Of a stretch of DNA of 24,245 nt, positions 5,566 through 15,065 are shown one piece after another. Position 1 is the first letter of the stretch. Each line of letters begins with the position of its first letter. Origin of the DNA: a virus (Duplodnaviria > Caudoviricetes); the IMG/VR virus record IMGVR_UViG_3300048599_000557, positions 1 through 24,245 of that record; one strand, given 5' to 3'. A program made the translations under genes and the position numbers. Under the pieces are notes generated by a model. That model was not told where the DNA came from, searched no databases, and saw only the letters and a list, made by a program, of their open reading frames with translations.

Positions 5566-7549
5566 GTTGTTCGACTTTGATGGCGCTGAAGAGCTTTGGC
5601 AATCATGGTCCGAGGGACTCAGGCCTGATCCCGCGCTCAACGTCTCCGAATGGGCCGATCAGCATCGCTGGCTGAGCCCGCGGGCTTCCGCCGAGCCTGG
5701 TCGCTATCGGACCGACCGCACGCCCTATATGCGGGCAATCATGGATGCATTGTCGCCGTCACATCCCGCACGGCGCGTCGTGTTCATGAAGGCCGCTCAG
5801 GTGGGGGCCAGCGAGGGGGGCAATTGCTGGATTGGCTACGTCATACATCATGCTCCGGGCCCGATGCTGGCGGTGCAGCCGACGGTCGAGCTCGCCAAAC
5901 GTTTCTCGCGCCAACGCATCGAACCATTGATCGCCGAAAGCCCTGTTTTGCGTGAGCGCGTCAAGCCGTCGCGCTCACGCGATGCCGGCAACACGGTTTT
6001 GTCGAAGGAGTTTCCGGCCGGACTCCTGGTGCTCACCGGCGCCAATAGCGCGGTGGGCCTCAGATCCATGCCGGCGCGCTATCTTTTTCTCGACGAGGTC
6101 GACGCCTATCCGCCTTCGGCCGACGAGGAAGGCGATCCGGTCGCACTCGCCGAGGCACGCACCCGGACGTTTTCGTGGCGCTCGAAAGTGTTTCTCACCT
6201 CGACGCCGACCGTCCAGGGAATCTCGCGCATCGAGCGGGAGTTCGAGGCATCCGATCAGCGGCGCTTTTTCGTGCCGTGCCCGCATTGCGCGCATCGGCA
6301 GACGCTGCGCTTCGAACGCCTACGCTGGGAGAAAGCGAACCCTCAGACCGCCCGATACCAGTGCGAATCCTGCGACGCCTCGATCGAGGAGCATCACAAG
6401 ACCGCCATGCTCTTGGGTGGGGAATGGCGGAAGACTGCCGAATCCTCTGATCCCGGCACCATCGGCTTTCATTTGTCGGCTCTCTATTCGCCGGTTGGCT
6501 GGTTGTCCTGGGAAGCAATTGCGCGCCAATGGGAGGCGGCACAGGCCAATGACGAGGCCAAGCGCAGCTTCAAGAACGGCATTCTCGGCGAAACCTGGAT
6601 CGAGACCGGCGAAGCGCCCGATTGGCAAAGGCTCTATGAGCGGCGCGAGGATTGGTCGGTCGGCACAGTACCAAGCGGCGGGTTGTTCCTGACCGCCGGC
6701 GCCGATGTCCAGAAGGACCGGATCGAAGTTTCTGTCTGGGCTTGGGGCCGCGGAATGACGAGCTGGCTCATCGACCACATCATCATCGATGGCGGGCCTG
6801 AGCATGCCGAGCCATGGGCTCACCTATCCGCCCTGCTCGACCGAACCTGGCCGCATGCCCACGGGGTGCGACTTGGACTCGCCAAACTCGGCATCGATAC
6901 CGGATACGAGTTGCCAGCCGTCTATGCCTGGGCCCGGGCTGCGGGCCATGCGCAGGTCGCACCGCTGAAAGGTGTTGAGGGATTCAACAGGGCAGCGCCC
7001 GTCGTCGGCCCGAGTTATGTCGATGTCACCGAAGCCGGCCGCAAATTACGCCGGGGTGCGAGATTGTGGACGGTCGCGGTCGCGACCTTCAAGAGCGAGA
7101 CCTATCGCTATCTCAGACTTCACCGCCCGACCGATGAGGAACTCACAAGTGGCACGCAGTATCCGGCCGGATTCGTGCATTTGCCGCGCGGGCTCGAGGC
7201 CGAATGGGTCAAGCAGCTCGTCGCCGAGCAATTGGTGAGCATTAAGACCCGGCGCGGTTTCCAAAAACTCGAATGGCAGAAGCTCAGGGAGCGCAATGAA
7301 GTGCTGGACTGCCGCGTCTATGCAAGGGCGGCCGCCTGGATCGCCGGTGCAGATCGCTGGGCGCAAGAGAAATGGCGCGATCTCGAGAGCCAGGTCGGGC
7401 CGATGCCCAAGGGGATTTCTCATGAAGGGATTTCCGATGTGATGCCGGACGCTTCGCTCGCGGCCGGTATGTTGTCGCGTGCCCCCGCGATCGGCGGAAA
7501 GCGCCGCTCCGACTGGCTTTCAGGGCGCAACAAAGGATGGCTGCGATGA
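5513..7549 (+). CDS. Terminase large subunit, lambda GpA family (true start may be TTG 5567)
   Basis: RTPY adenine motif, KAAQVGASE Walker A, LFLDEVD Walker B, STPT coupling motif, CPHC...CESC zinc ribbon, GADVQ nuclease motif, RNEVLDC. Confidence 0.96.
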   Translation: MSAPTSPNSSRFAPNSAELFDFDGAEELWQSWSEGLRPDPALNVSEWADQHRWLSPRASAEPGRYRTDRTPYMRAIMDALSPSHPARRVVFMKAAQVGASEGGNCWIGYVIHHAPGPMLAVQPTVELAKRFSRQRIEPLIAESPVLRERVKPSRSRDAGNTVLSKEFPAGLLVLTGANSAVGLRSMPARYLFLDEVDAYPPSADEEGDPVALAEARTRTFSWRSKVFLTSTPTVQGISRIEREFEASDQRRFFVPCPHCAHRQTLRFERLRWEKANPQTARYQCESCDASIEEHHKTAMLLGGEWRKTAESSDPGTIGFHLSALYSPVGWLSWEAIARQWEAAQANDEAKRSFKNGILGETWIETGEAPDWQRLYERREDWSVGTVPSGGLFLTAGADVQKDRIEVSVWAWGRGMTSWLIDHIIIDGGPEHAEPWAHLSALLDRTWPHAHGVRLGLAKLGIDTGYELPAVYAWARAAGHAQVAPLKGVEGFNRAAPVVGPSYVDVTEAGRKLRRGARLWTVAVATFKSETYRYLRLHRPTDEELTSGTQYPAGFVHLPRGLEAEWVKQLVAEQLVSIKTRRGFQKLEWQKLRERNEVLDCRVYARAAAWIAGADRWAQEKWRDLESQVGPMPKGISHEGISDVMPDASLAAGMLSRAPAIGGKRRSDWLSGRNKGWLR

Positions 7550-7746
7550 GCTGGACGGAATCAGAACTCGAAGCGCTACGACGCGCCTTTGCCTCGGGCA
7601 CGCTCAGGGTCAGTTATGAGGGCAGAACCGTCGAATATGGCTCTGCCGCCGATCTCTTGTCGCGCATCCGCACAATCGAGCGCGAGATGACGGCGGCAAC
7701 TGACGAACGCTTGCCCATCGCCGGGTTTGCGGGCTTCTCGCGCTGA
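7546..7746 (+). CDS. Head completion protein, gpW-like
   Basis: ASGTLRVSYEGRTVEY motif; ATGA overlap with TerL; sits between TerL and portal. Confidence 0.88.
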   Translation: MSWTESELEALRRAFASGTLRVSYEGRTVEYGSAADLLSRIRTIEREMTAATDERLPIAGFAGFSR

Positions 7747-7754
7747 GATCGCCA

Positions 7755-9275
7755 ATGACGCAAGATTCCCGTCACCGGTCGACCTGGCTCGACCGCGCCA
7801 TCGGGACGCTCACGCCCCGGGCAGCACTGCGCCGCGTTCTGGCCCGCCAGAGTTTCGATGCCTTGACCCGCGGCTATGACGGAGCGGCCAAAGGACGTCG
7901 TACCGATGGCTGGCGGGCGGTGGGGACCTCGGCCGATGCCGAGATCGGCGTTGCAGGGGCATTGCTGCGCGATCGCATGCGCGATCTCGTGCGCAACAAC
8001 CCACATGCCGCCAAGGCCGTGTCGGTGCTGGTCAACAATATCGTGGGGTCTGGCATTATCCCGCGAGCCGCAAGCGGAGACGTGAAACTCGACGGGCAGG
8101 TAAATGCGCTCTGGGAAGCCTGGTCGGCCAGGTGCGATGCCGATGGACAACTCGACTTTATCGGACTGCAGACCCTGGCCTGCCGTCAGATGATCGAAGC
8201 GGGCGAGGTGCTATTGCGCCGCCGCCCGCGGCGTGTCCGTGACGGTCTCGATGTGCCACTGCAAGTGCAATTGCTCGAAGCCGACATGCTTGATGCGGGC
8301 CGCAATGGCGATCTCGTCGACGGCGGCCGCATTGTGCAGGGGATTGAGTTTTCGAGCCTCGGCCAGCGCCGCGCCTATTGGCTATTTGCTCAGCATCCTG
8401 GCGATAGCGTCATCTCATCGAGGCGTCGCCTTGACAGTAGCGCCATACCGGCTGGCGACATTCTGCATCTCTACGAGAAGCAGCGCACCCAGATCCGTGG
8501 TGTCCCTTGGGGTGCACCGGTTATTCGAACCCTTCGCGATCTCGATGATTGGACACAGGCCGAGCTCGTTCGCAAGAAGACCGAGGCTTGCGTGGTCGGC
8601 ATCGTGCTGGGCGCCGACGAGGCCGAACAAGGCATTGCGCCATCGGTGGTCGATGCCGATGGCAATCGCGTCGAGCAGTTCGAGCCCGGTCTCATTGCCT
8701 ATGCCCGCGGCGGCAAGGATATCCGCTTCAACCAGCCGGCGACCACGGCCGGCGTAGCGGAATGGCTGCGCGCGCAATTGCATATTGTGGCGGCCGGGTT
8801 TCGCATGCCCTACGAATTGCTCACCGGTGACTTGAGTCAGGTAAATTATTCCTCGATCCGTGCGGGTTTGGTGGAATTCCGCCGCCTGATTGACGCCGTG
8901 CAATGGCAGATCGTCATTCCGATGTTCTGCCAACCAGTCTGGGACTGGTTCACGGCCCAAGCCTGGGCTGCCGGACGATTGCCAAATCCGCAAATTGCCG
9001 TTGAGTGGTCACCACCGCGCTTCGAGGCGGTCGATCCACTGAAAGACGCCATGGCTGATCTCCTGGCGATGCGCTCTGGCACCATGACCTTGGCACAGGC
9101 AATCGCCCGTCAGGGCCATAACCCAGACGCGGTACTCGCCGAGATCGCCGCAATGAATGCCAAGCTCGATATGCTGGGGCTCATTCTCGACAGCGATCCG
9201 CGTCGCGTCACCAAGACCGGCGTCATGCAGGCCGACGAGGCCGCAGTTGGTGTTGCTTCTGAAAAGGAAATTTGA
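7755..9275 (+). CDS. Portal protein, lambda family
   Basis: RDLVRNNPHA, QIRGVPW, YELLTGDLSQVNYSSIRAGL and VDPLKD motifs. Confidence 0.96.
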   Translation: MTQDSRHRSTWLDRAIGTLTPRAALRRVLARQSFDALTRGYDGAAKGRRTDGWRAVGTSADAEIGVAGALLRDRMRDLVRNNPHAAKAVSVLVNNIVGSGIIPRAASGDVKLDGQVNALWEAWSARCDADGQLDFIGLQTLACRQMIEAGEVLLRRRPRRVRDGLDVPLQVQLLEADMLDAGRNGDLVDGGRIVQGIEFSSLGQRRAYWLFAQHPGDSVISSRRRLDSSAIPAGDILHLYEKQRTQIRGVPWGAPVIRTLRDLDDWTQAELVRKKTEACVVGIVLGADEAEQGIAPSVVDADGNRVEQFEPGLIAYARGGKDIRFNQPATTAGVAEWLRAQLHIVAAGFRMPYELLTGDLSQVNYSSIRAGLVEFRRLIDAVQWQIVIPMFCQPVWDWFTAQAWAAGRLPNPQIAVEWSPPRFEAVDPLKDAMADLLAMRSGTMTLAQAIARQGHNPDAVLAEIAAMNAKLDMLGLILDSDPRRVTKTGVMQADEAAVGVASEKEI

Positions 9276-11245
9276 TGCCGGACACGATTGATCTGCCAGC
9301 GCTGCGGCGCGCCGCCGATCTGCTCCCCGCCACGCTCGACACCCAGGATCGCTCGATCGAAGTGGTCTGGTCGACGGGTGCCAGGGTCCGACGGCAGCCA
9401 TTGTTTGGCGAGCCCTTCGATGAAGAGCTCAGCATGGATCCGAGCAATGTCCGCCTGGAACGGCTCAATGCCGGGGGACCATTGCTCAAGGTCCATGATT
9501 TGCGCACCATCGAGAGCGTCATCGGCTCGGTCGTCCCCGGCACCGCCCGGATTGAGAATGGCCGCGGTGTTGCGCGGGTACGTTTCTCCGAGCGCGACGA
9601 TGTCGAGCCTCTATGGACCGACGTGCAGGCCGGACATCTGCGCGCTGTCTCGATTGGCTATCAGGTCCATCGCTATGAGGTCACGCGTCCGGCCAATGCT
9701 CCGGAACTGTGGCGAGCGGTCGATTGGACCCCGTTTGAGATTTCAGCCGTTCCGGTCGGGGCTGACCCTGCCGCCGGCTTCCGTTCGGCTGAACCGCAAA
9801 TGCCCTGCGTAGTCGATCGGGGCGATTCCAACAAAGAGAGGACTTCCATGGAAGAAATTGTCGTGACCCCTGCTCCTACGCCGGCGCCGCCCCCTGCGCC
9901 TGCTCCCACTCCACCGGAGTCTATCACCCGTGCTGCCGATCCCCAGCCCAATACCCAGGCGGTGATTGCGGCCGCCCAGGTGGAGGAGCGCGAACGGGTG
10001 GGCACCATCTACGACCTGGCGAGCCGCCTCGGTCTCGAGCGCATCCTTGCCGAGGATCTGGTCGGACGCGGCGTTACGCTTGACGAGGCCCGTCGGGTGA
10101 TTCTCGATAAGGTCGCCGATACGTCCGAGAAGACGCGGACCTTTCCGCACGTCGCGGTTCCGCTCGGCGGGCGCGATGAACGCGTGACCCGGCGCGAAGC
10201 GGTCGCCAACGCGCTGCTGCATCGCTATAGCCCCACACTGTTCACGCTTTCCGAACCAGCGCGTGAATATCGCGGCATGACGCTGCTTGAACTCTCGCGC
10301 GAGTTTCTGGCCTCGGCCGGCGTCAATGTCCGTGGGCTTTCGCGCGACGAGATTGCCACCCGAGCGCTTCATTCGACGTCGGATTTTCCGGAGATCCTTT
10401 CTGCCGTCACCAACAAGACCTTGCGCCAAGCCTATGATGTCTATCCGCGCACCTTCGTGCCCTTCTGCCGCCAAGTGCTCGCTTCCGACTTCAAGCCCAT
10501 GAACCGTGTCCAGATCGGCGAAGTGCCGCAACTCTTGAAGATCAACGAGAGTGGCGAGTTCAAGCGCGGCACCATCGCTGAATCGAAGGAAAGCTACAGA
10601 ATCGAGACCTATGGCCGGGTCGTCGGCATCACCCGCCAAGTCCTGATCAATGATGACCTCGATGCCTTTACCCGCATTCCCGCCATGTATGGCACCGCCA
10701 TTGCGACCCTTGAAAGCGATGTGGTCTGGGGCATCATCATCGCCAATGCGGCAATGGCCGACGGCTCAGCCCTGTTTCATGCCAATCACAAGAACCTGGC
10801 GGCAAGCGGCGGCGCCCTCGGCGTGACCACGGTCGGCGAGGCCCGTGCCACCATGGCAAAGCAGACTGGCCTCGATAAAAAGACGGTGCTCAACATCCGC
10901 CCTGCTTATCTCCTTGTGCCGGCGGCACTTGAGCTTGCCGCCGAGCAATTGGTCGCGCAGAACCTCATTCCGGCCAAGACCGGTGACGTGGTTCCCCAGT
11001 CGATCCGCACATTGGCGCCCATCTCTGAGCCTCGGCTCGATGTTGCAAGCGCAACAGCCTGGTATCTCTCAGCAAACCCCGCCCAGATCGACACGATCGA
11101 ATATGCCTATCTCGAGGGGCAGGAAGGCGCCTACATCGAGACTCGAAACGGTTTCGATGTCGATGGCGTCGAGATCAAATGCCGGCTCGACTTCGGGGCC
11201 AAAGCCATCGACTGGCGCGGCCTTTACAAGAATCCGGGCGCCTAG
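9275..11245 (+). CDS. Prohead protease / scaffold / major capsid fusion
   Basis: N-terminal HK97-type protease (LLKVH, VSIGY, EISAVPVGAD), Pro-rich linker, and capsid region HSTSDFP...TYGR...INDDL...DWRGLYKNPG. Confidence 0.94.
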   Translation: MPDTIDLPALRRAADLLPATLDTQDRSIEVVWSTGARVRRQPLFGEPFDEELSMDPSNVRLERLNAGGPLLKVHDLRTIESVIGSVVPGTARIENGRGVARVRFSERDDVEPLWTDVQAGHLRAVSIGYQVHRYEVTRPANAPELWRAVDWTPFEISAVPVGADPAAGFRSAEPQMPCVVDRGDSNKERTSMEEIVVTPAPTPAPPPAPAPTPPESITRAADPQPNTQAVIAAAQVEERERVGTIYDLASRLGLERILAEDLVGRGVTLDEARRVILDKVADTSEKTRTFPHVAVPLGGRDERVTRREAVANALLHRYSPTLFTLSEPAREYRGMTLLELSREFLASAGVNVRGLSRDEIATRALHSTSDFPEILSAVTNKTLRQAYDVYPRTFVPFCRQVLASDFKPMNRVQIGEVPQLLKINESGEFKRGTIAESKESYRIETYGRVVGITRQVLINDDLDAFTRIPAMYGTAIATLESDVVWGIIIANAAMADGSALFHANHKNLAASGGALGVTTVGEARATMAKQTGLDKKTVLNIRPAYLLVPAALELAAEQLVAQNLIPAKTGDVVPQSIRTLAPISEPRLDVASATAWYLSANPAQIDTIEYAYLEGQEGAYIETRNGFDVDGVEIKCRLDFGAKAIDWRGLYKNPGA

Positions 11246-11320
11246 AACCCAATATCAACCCAGACGAGACGGGGAGCAGATTGCCGCCCTTGGGCTTCAC
11301 AATCTTGAAGGATCGAACCG

Positions 11321-11656
11321 ATGAAGAATTACATTCAACCCGGCAATACCATCACCTTGGCGGCACCCTATGAAGTGAACTCCGGCGATGGGCTCCTCGT
11401 CGGCTCGATCTTTGGAGTGGCATCGGGCGCGGCTCTCAACGGTACTGTGGTCGAAGCTACCCTTGTTGGAGTCTTCGACCTGACGAAGGTCGGATCACAA
11501 GCGTGGTCCATCGGTGACGCAATCTACTGGGACAACACCGCAAAGAACTGCACCAAGACAGCCTCGGGGAACACGAAGATTGGGGTCGCTGTCGCGGCGG
11601 TCGATAATGCCGCCGGCAGCACGATCGGTAGTGTACGCCTCAACGGCTCGTTCTGA
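11321..11656 (+). CDS. DUF2190 family capsid decoration/cement protein
   Basis: MKNYIQPG start, GVFDL.K...G..IYWD...NTKIG motif, located directly after the capsid gene. Confidence 0.9.
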   Translation: MKNYIQPGNTITLAAPYEVNSGDGLLVGSIFGVASGAALNGTVVEATLVGVFDLTKVGSQAWSIGDAIYWDNTAKNCTKTASGNTKIGVAVAAVDNAAGSTIGSVRLNGSF

Positions 11657-11803
11657 GCGCCGATAATACCCGCACTACACGGCGAGTTCGCTCACCCTGC
11701 GATCGCCGACGAGCGGGCCAAATCCACCTAATTCAGCCTTAGGGCCATGCGCCGAACTGGTCGAAAGGCCACTCGTCCAGCTCTGCGAAGATTGCGCTTG
11801 TAT

Positions 11804-14674
11804 CTACCAGGGGATTTGCGTCGGCTCCTCTTGGGCCAAACCGTTTGCTTCGTGACGAAACTTGGACAGCGCTTCGTAGATGACTTTCCGCGCTCTGTTG
11901 ATCGATCCCAAAGGCCGGTGATCGAGCAAGGAATGCCAGGGATCGAATGAAAGCCCTTCCACAATATCCTGAGCGTTGGCGGCCGCGGTGTCCTGCTTGG
12001 GGATGCGAATGATGGCCACCCGCCGATAAGGCGACTGTTCTTCATCCCAAACGGTCAACGAATTCTCGACAGGCATCGCGACGGGATCGATCTGCAGTTG
12101 GACCGAGAAGTCGAAATAGGCGTCACCCTGAGCGAGTTCCTTCTCGAGTGCCTTGCGCAGGAAGTCCGGTCCCGCCATCTCAGGCTTGGTATCTGAGGCT
12201 TCAGAAATCGTATTCGCCGCATATTTCATGGCATTGGGTCCGAGCTTATAGGGTGTCTGGCTAAAATATCGAGCCTGGAGCGGATTGGCGAGCGGCTGCT
12301 CCCCGCGCATCGCTCTTACCGCCAGCGCCTCCTCGGGATGATTCTTGAAGAAGTTGGCGAGCGCGCTCGTTGGATCTCCCATCCCCAACGTCTCATGCAA
12401 TGCTTCATAATCAGCAAGGTTCTTCACGAAGAAGCTCGGGAAGTTGTTGATCATCACGAAATCCTGAGTCTTTGCGTCCCGCTCACCAGTCAGGATCTTG
12501 TCACCCTCTACGCCGAGGAGCTTGATCGCCATGCCATTGGCCTGTGGAACCTTGTCCGATTGCACCTCGATACCGCCTGCTGAAAAGCGGATGATCGCAT
12601 CGTATGTGCGAGGTTCGGCGAAAACCCCATATCGCAGGTCGGTGGGGAGGTCGTCCAAGACGATGAACTGGGCGCGGACCAGCGAATGGGTCTTGGGATG
12701 GGCATCGCGCAGCACCGGACGCGTTCCGGCCGGAAACTGCGATTGAAGGCGCTCGAGCGTGGCCTTTGTTATGAAGTCTATGAAATCCGCCTCGGACGGC
12801 TCTATGGTCTCCTCGCCAAGTTTTGGCGCCATGGCGGGCAATTTCGGTGCGCCATTATAGGTCCCAGGATTCTTGACATGGTAGAAAGTCGGGTCCGTCC
12901 ACGCGCGAACCGGATCCTCAGGGCCGCCAAAGGGTGTGATTTGAGCGGGCTGCTCTGGAACGGATTTCATGTATTCGATCAGCGCCCATCGCTCATCTTG
13001 TGACAGTCGCCTTCCGATGACGCCCTGTTGGCGTGGTCCGTCCTCGAACGAATGCCCCGCATTGGAATTGCCGAAGAGGGTCGTGTCGAACAGAAACTTT
13101 CCTGATGCTCCCGAGGTATCGACACCGACCTTTACTGGATCGAATTCGCGGCCAATGAAGAACGTCTTGGAACGCTCTACGACGGGGCTCAGTAGCTCAT
13201 AAAGGTTCGGAACCGAGCCATTATGCAAATAGGGTGGCGAAGCCCACATCCCTTCGGCGGGATTGGCCTTGAAGGCAAATAGCGCCGGAATTGGTTCTTG
13301 CGCGTCCGGATAAGAGGCTCTGAATCCGTGCGCTGCGAGGCGTTGTTCCTCGCTGAGGCCTAGCTTTGCCATCGCGGTATCGAAAACGCCGTCCAGCGCG
13401 ATGCCGAAGAGCGTCGGCGGCGGCACGACTGGCATTCCCTTAAACGGCGGCTCCAGATGGTCACGCAGCGGGCCAGATATTACTGTCGGCCGCGTCAGTT
13501 CGAATTGCGGGCTGCCGAACGGGGTTGGGTCGGTGCCCACAACATCGTTGGAAACGATGGCGTTTTCGATGAATCGCTTGCCGTCTATTTTGGGTTCACT
13601 CCATCGGTGCGGCCAGTTCGAATGACAGCCCGCGCAGTTCTCCGCGAAAAGCTCCTGTCCCTTCGCCGCCTTGGTGCGATCAATCTTGCCAAGAATATCC
13701 TCGGGCCACGGCGGAGGGGCTAGGCGCCGCAAGAGTTCCTCGGTGTCCAATTGGCCCTGGAGGTCGACCGTGGAGTTGAACAGCCCGTCGGCTTGAGTCT
13801 TGGATGTAAGATCAATCTTGGCAAAAACGCCCAGGACTTCTCCGACATTGCGCAGCACCGGATCTTTCAGCACGCCGGTCCACTGTGCCCAGGCCGATTG
13901 CGGAATGTTCCAGACGAAGGACGGCTTGACCGGTGCGACAGCGGATCGCCAATTTTCCGAGATGCCGAGAATGTTCGATTGCACCTGATTGTGAATGAGC
14001 CCGAGCGCGTCCATACGACCCGGACCAACCTCGAAGGGGGTGAGCGAGGTGCGGCTGCGGTAGCGGTGAAAGGCGGCTGCATCCTGATTGAGACGTTCGC
14101 GCAAGGCTTCGATGCTCGCGCTGTCCGTCAGATTCAATCTTCCCGCCAATCGACCAAACTTCTCTTGGCTCGTCGCGGACGCAGCGAGAGCATCGTCCAG
14201 GCTTGCGAGGAAGGCGAGCATGTCCAACGTGCTGGCATTGCCGCCGGAAATCCTGATCTTGGTTCCTTTATATCCAAGTTGTCCGTTATGGCACGCCGCG
14301 CAGCCGAGCCCCGCCCATTCGCCCTTCCAGGGCCCGTCGGTTACGACCGTCCTCGTAATGCCTATCGGCAGGCCATCCGGATTGTAGGTGGGGTCAGCGG
14401 ACTGGGGCACGAATCCATAGGCTTCCATGTTCTCGTCGGCACGGAACAGTTCCGGGCTATTCGACTGCTCCAGGTTGAGAAAGATGTCATAGGAGAGCGC
14501 CGCTGATCCTTGCGAATACTGGTAGTAGCGAAGCCGATCCTCGGGCGACCATCCCTGATCAAGGAACACTGTGTTTTCAGGCGATTTGTATTCCGCTAGC
14601 AGCGTGGTCGAGAAGGCAAATGTGGCTATTCCAACGGCCAACACCCGTGATGCTACTGTTTTTGCTCTGCTCAT
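11804..14674 (-). CDS. Exported RoxA-like di-heme cytochrome c fused to a C-terminal catalase-like (mini-catalase) domain, 956 aa
   Basis: GAGGGGG RBS before ATG 14674; Sec signal MSRAKTVASRVLAVGIATFAFSTTLLA-E. CAACH (14288-14302), CAGCH (13622-13636), PYLHNGSVP and NAGH. Catalase-fold motifs RDAH, RFS, GMAIK, QDFVMINN and RKVIY. Confidence 0.88.
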   Translation of the reverse strand: MSRAKTVASRVLAVGIATFAFSTTLLAEYKSPENTVFLDQGWSPEDRLRYYQYSQGSAALSYDIFLNLEQSNSPELFRADENMEAYGFVPQSADPTYNPDGLPIGITRTVVTDGPWKGEWAGLGCAACHNGQLGYKGTKIRISGGNASTLDMLAFLASLDDALAASATSQEKFGRLAGRLNLTDSASIEALRERLNQDAAAFHRYRSRTSLTPFEVGPGRMDALGLIHNQVQSNILGISENWRSAVAPVKPSFVWNIPQSAWAQWTGVLKDPVLRNVGEVLGVFAKIDLTSKTQADGLFNSTVDLQGQLDTEELLRRLAPPPWPEDILGKIDRTKAAKGQELFAENCAGCHSNWPHRWSEPKIDGKRFIENAIVSNDVVGTDPTPFGSPQFELTRPTVISGPLRDHLEPPFKGMPVVPPPTLFGIALDGVFDTAMAKLGLSEEQRLAAHGFRASYPDAQEPIPALFAFKANPAEGMWASPPYLHNGSVPNLYELLSPVVERSKTFFIGREFDPVKVGVDTSGASGKFLFDTTLFGNSNAGHSFEDGPRQQGVIGRRLSQDERWALIEYMKSVPEQPAQITPFGGPEDPVRAWTDPTFYHVKNPGTYNGAPKLPAMAPKLGEETIEPSEADFIDFITKATLERLQSQFPAGTRPVLRDAHPKTHSLVRAQFIVLDDLPTDLRYGVFAEPRTYDAIIRFSAGGIEVQSDKVPQANGMAIKLLGVEGDKILTGERDAKTQDFVMINNFPSFFVKNLADYEALHETLGMGDPTSALANFFKNHPEEALAVRAMRGEQPLANPLQARYFSQTPYKLGPNAMKYAANTISEASDTKPEMAGPDFLRKALEKELAQGDAYFDFSVQLQIDPVAMPVENSLTVWDEEQSPYRRVAIIRIPKQDTAAANAQDIVEGLSFDPWHSLLDHRPLGSINRARKVIYEALSKFRHEANGLAQEEPTQIPW

Positions 14675-14802
14675 GATTGCGGCCCCCTCTGTCAAATCTT
14701 CAGCGCTCTCGGAAAAAGAATTGGAGCCAATTCGCACGGTACTCTCGTTTCCCGTACGCCCGAACCATCTCTTGAGTTGTGGTTGCCTCCGGTCGAGCGG
14801 AC

Positions 14803-14919
14803 ATGACAATAGCAGGTCATCAAGTCGAGGCCAAACAGATTGCCAGACTTGCCGCATTCGGCTCTGGGCAGGCAGGTCCGAACGCTCACAAATGACTATA
14901 AAGGTCATATACGTCATTT
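14803..14919. promoter_or_regulatory. Two related palindromic operator-like sites upstream of the heme-protein gene
   Basis: ATGACAATAGCAGGTCAT (14803-14820) and ATGACTATAAAGGTCAT (14892-14908), plus an extra GTCAT at 14913. Confidence 0.45.
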
Positions 14920-15065
14920 TGATCACGTCCGCTTTGCGTCGGGCTACCGCAACAGCTGACGGGACCTGCAACCCAATGAATTCATGAACGAACCAAGTTC
15001 TATCTAGCCGGCCAATGGCCTGATCGTGGCTCTTACTGCGTCGCCTTTGGCGCTAGCCAGGCCCT

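Noticed and set aside
11265-11290. Terminator after the capsid gene
   Set aside because: Only a degenerate stem with no U-tract, which is too weak to call.
14675-14971. 99-aa N-terminal extension of the heme protein shown in the ORF track
   Set aside because: The RBS and signal peptide point to ATG 14674. The extension looks non-coding and holds the operator-like palindromes.
14986-15000. GAAC-N7-GTTC as an SOS box
   Set aside because: Alphaproteobacterial LexA boxes are direct repeats (GTTC-N7-GTTC), and the spacing does not fit the Gram-positive box either.
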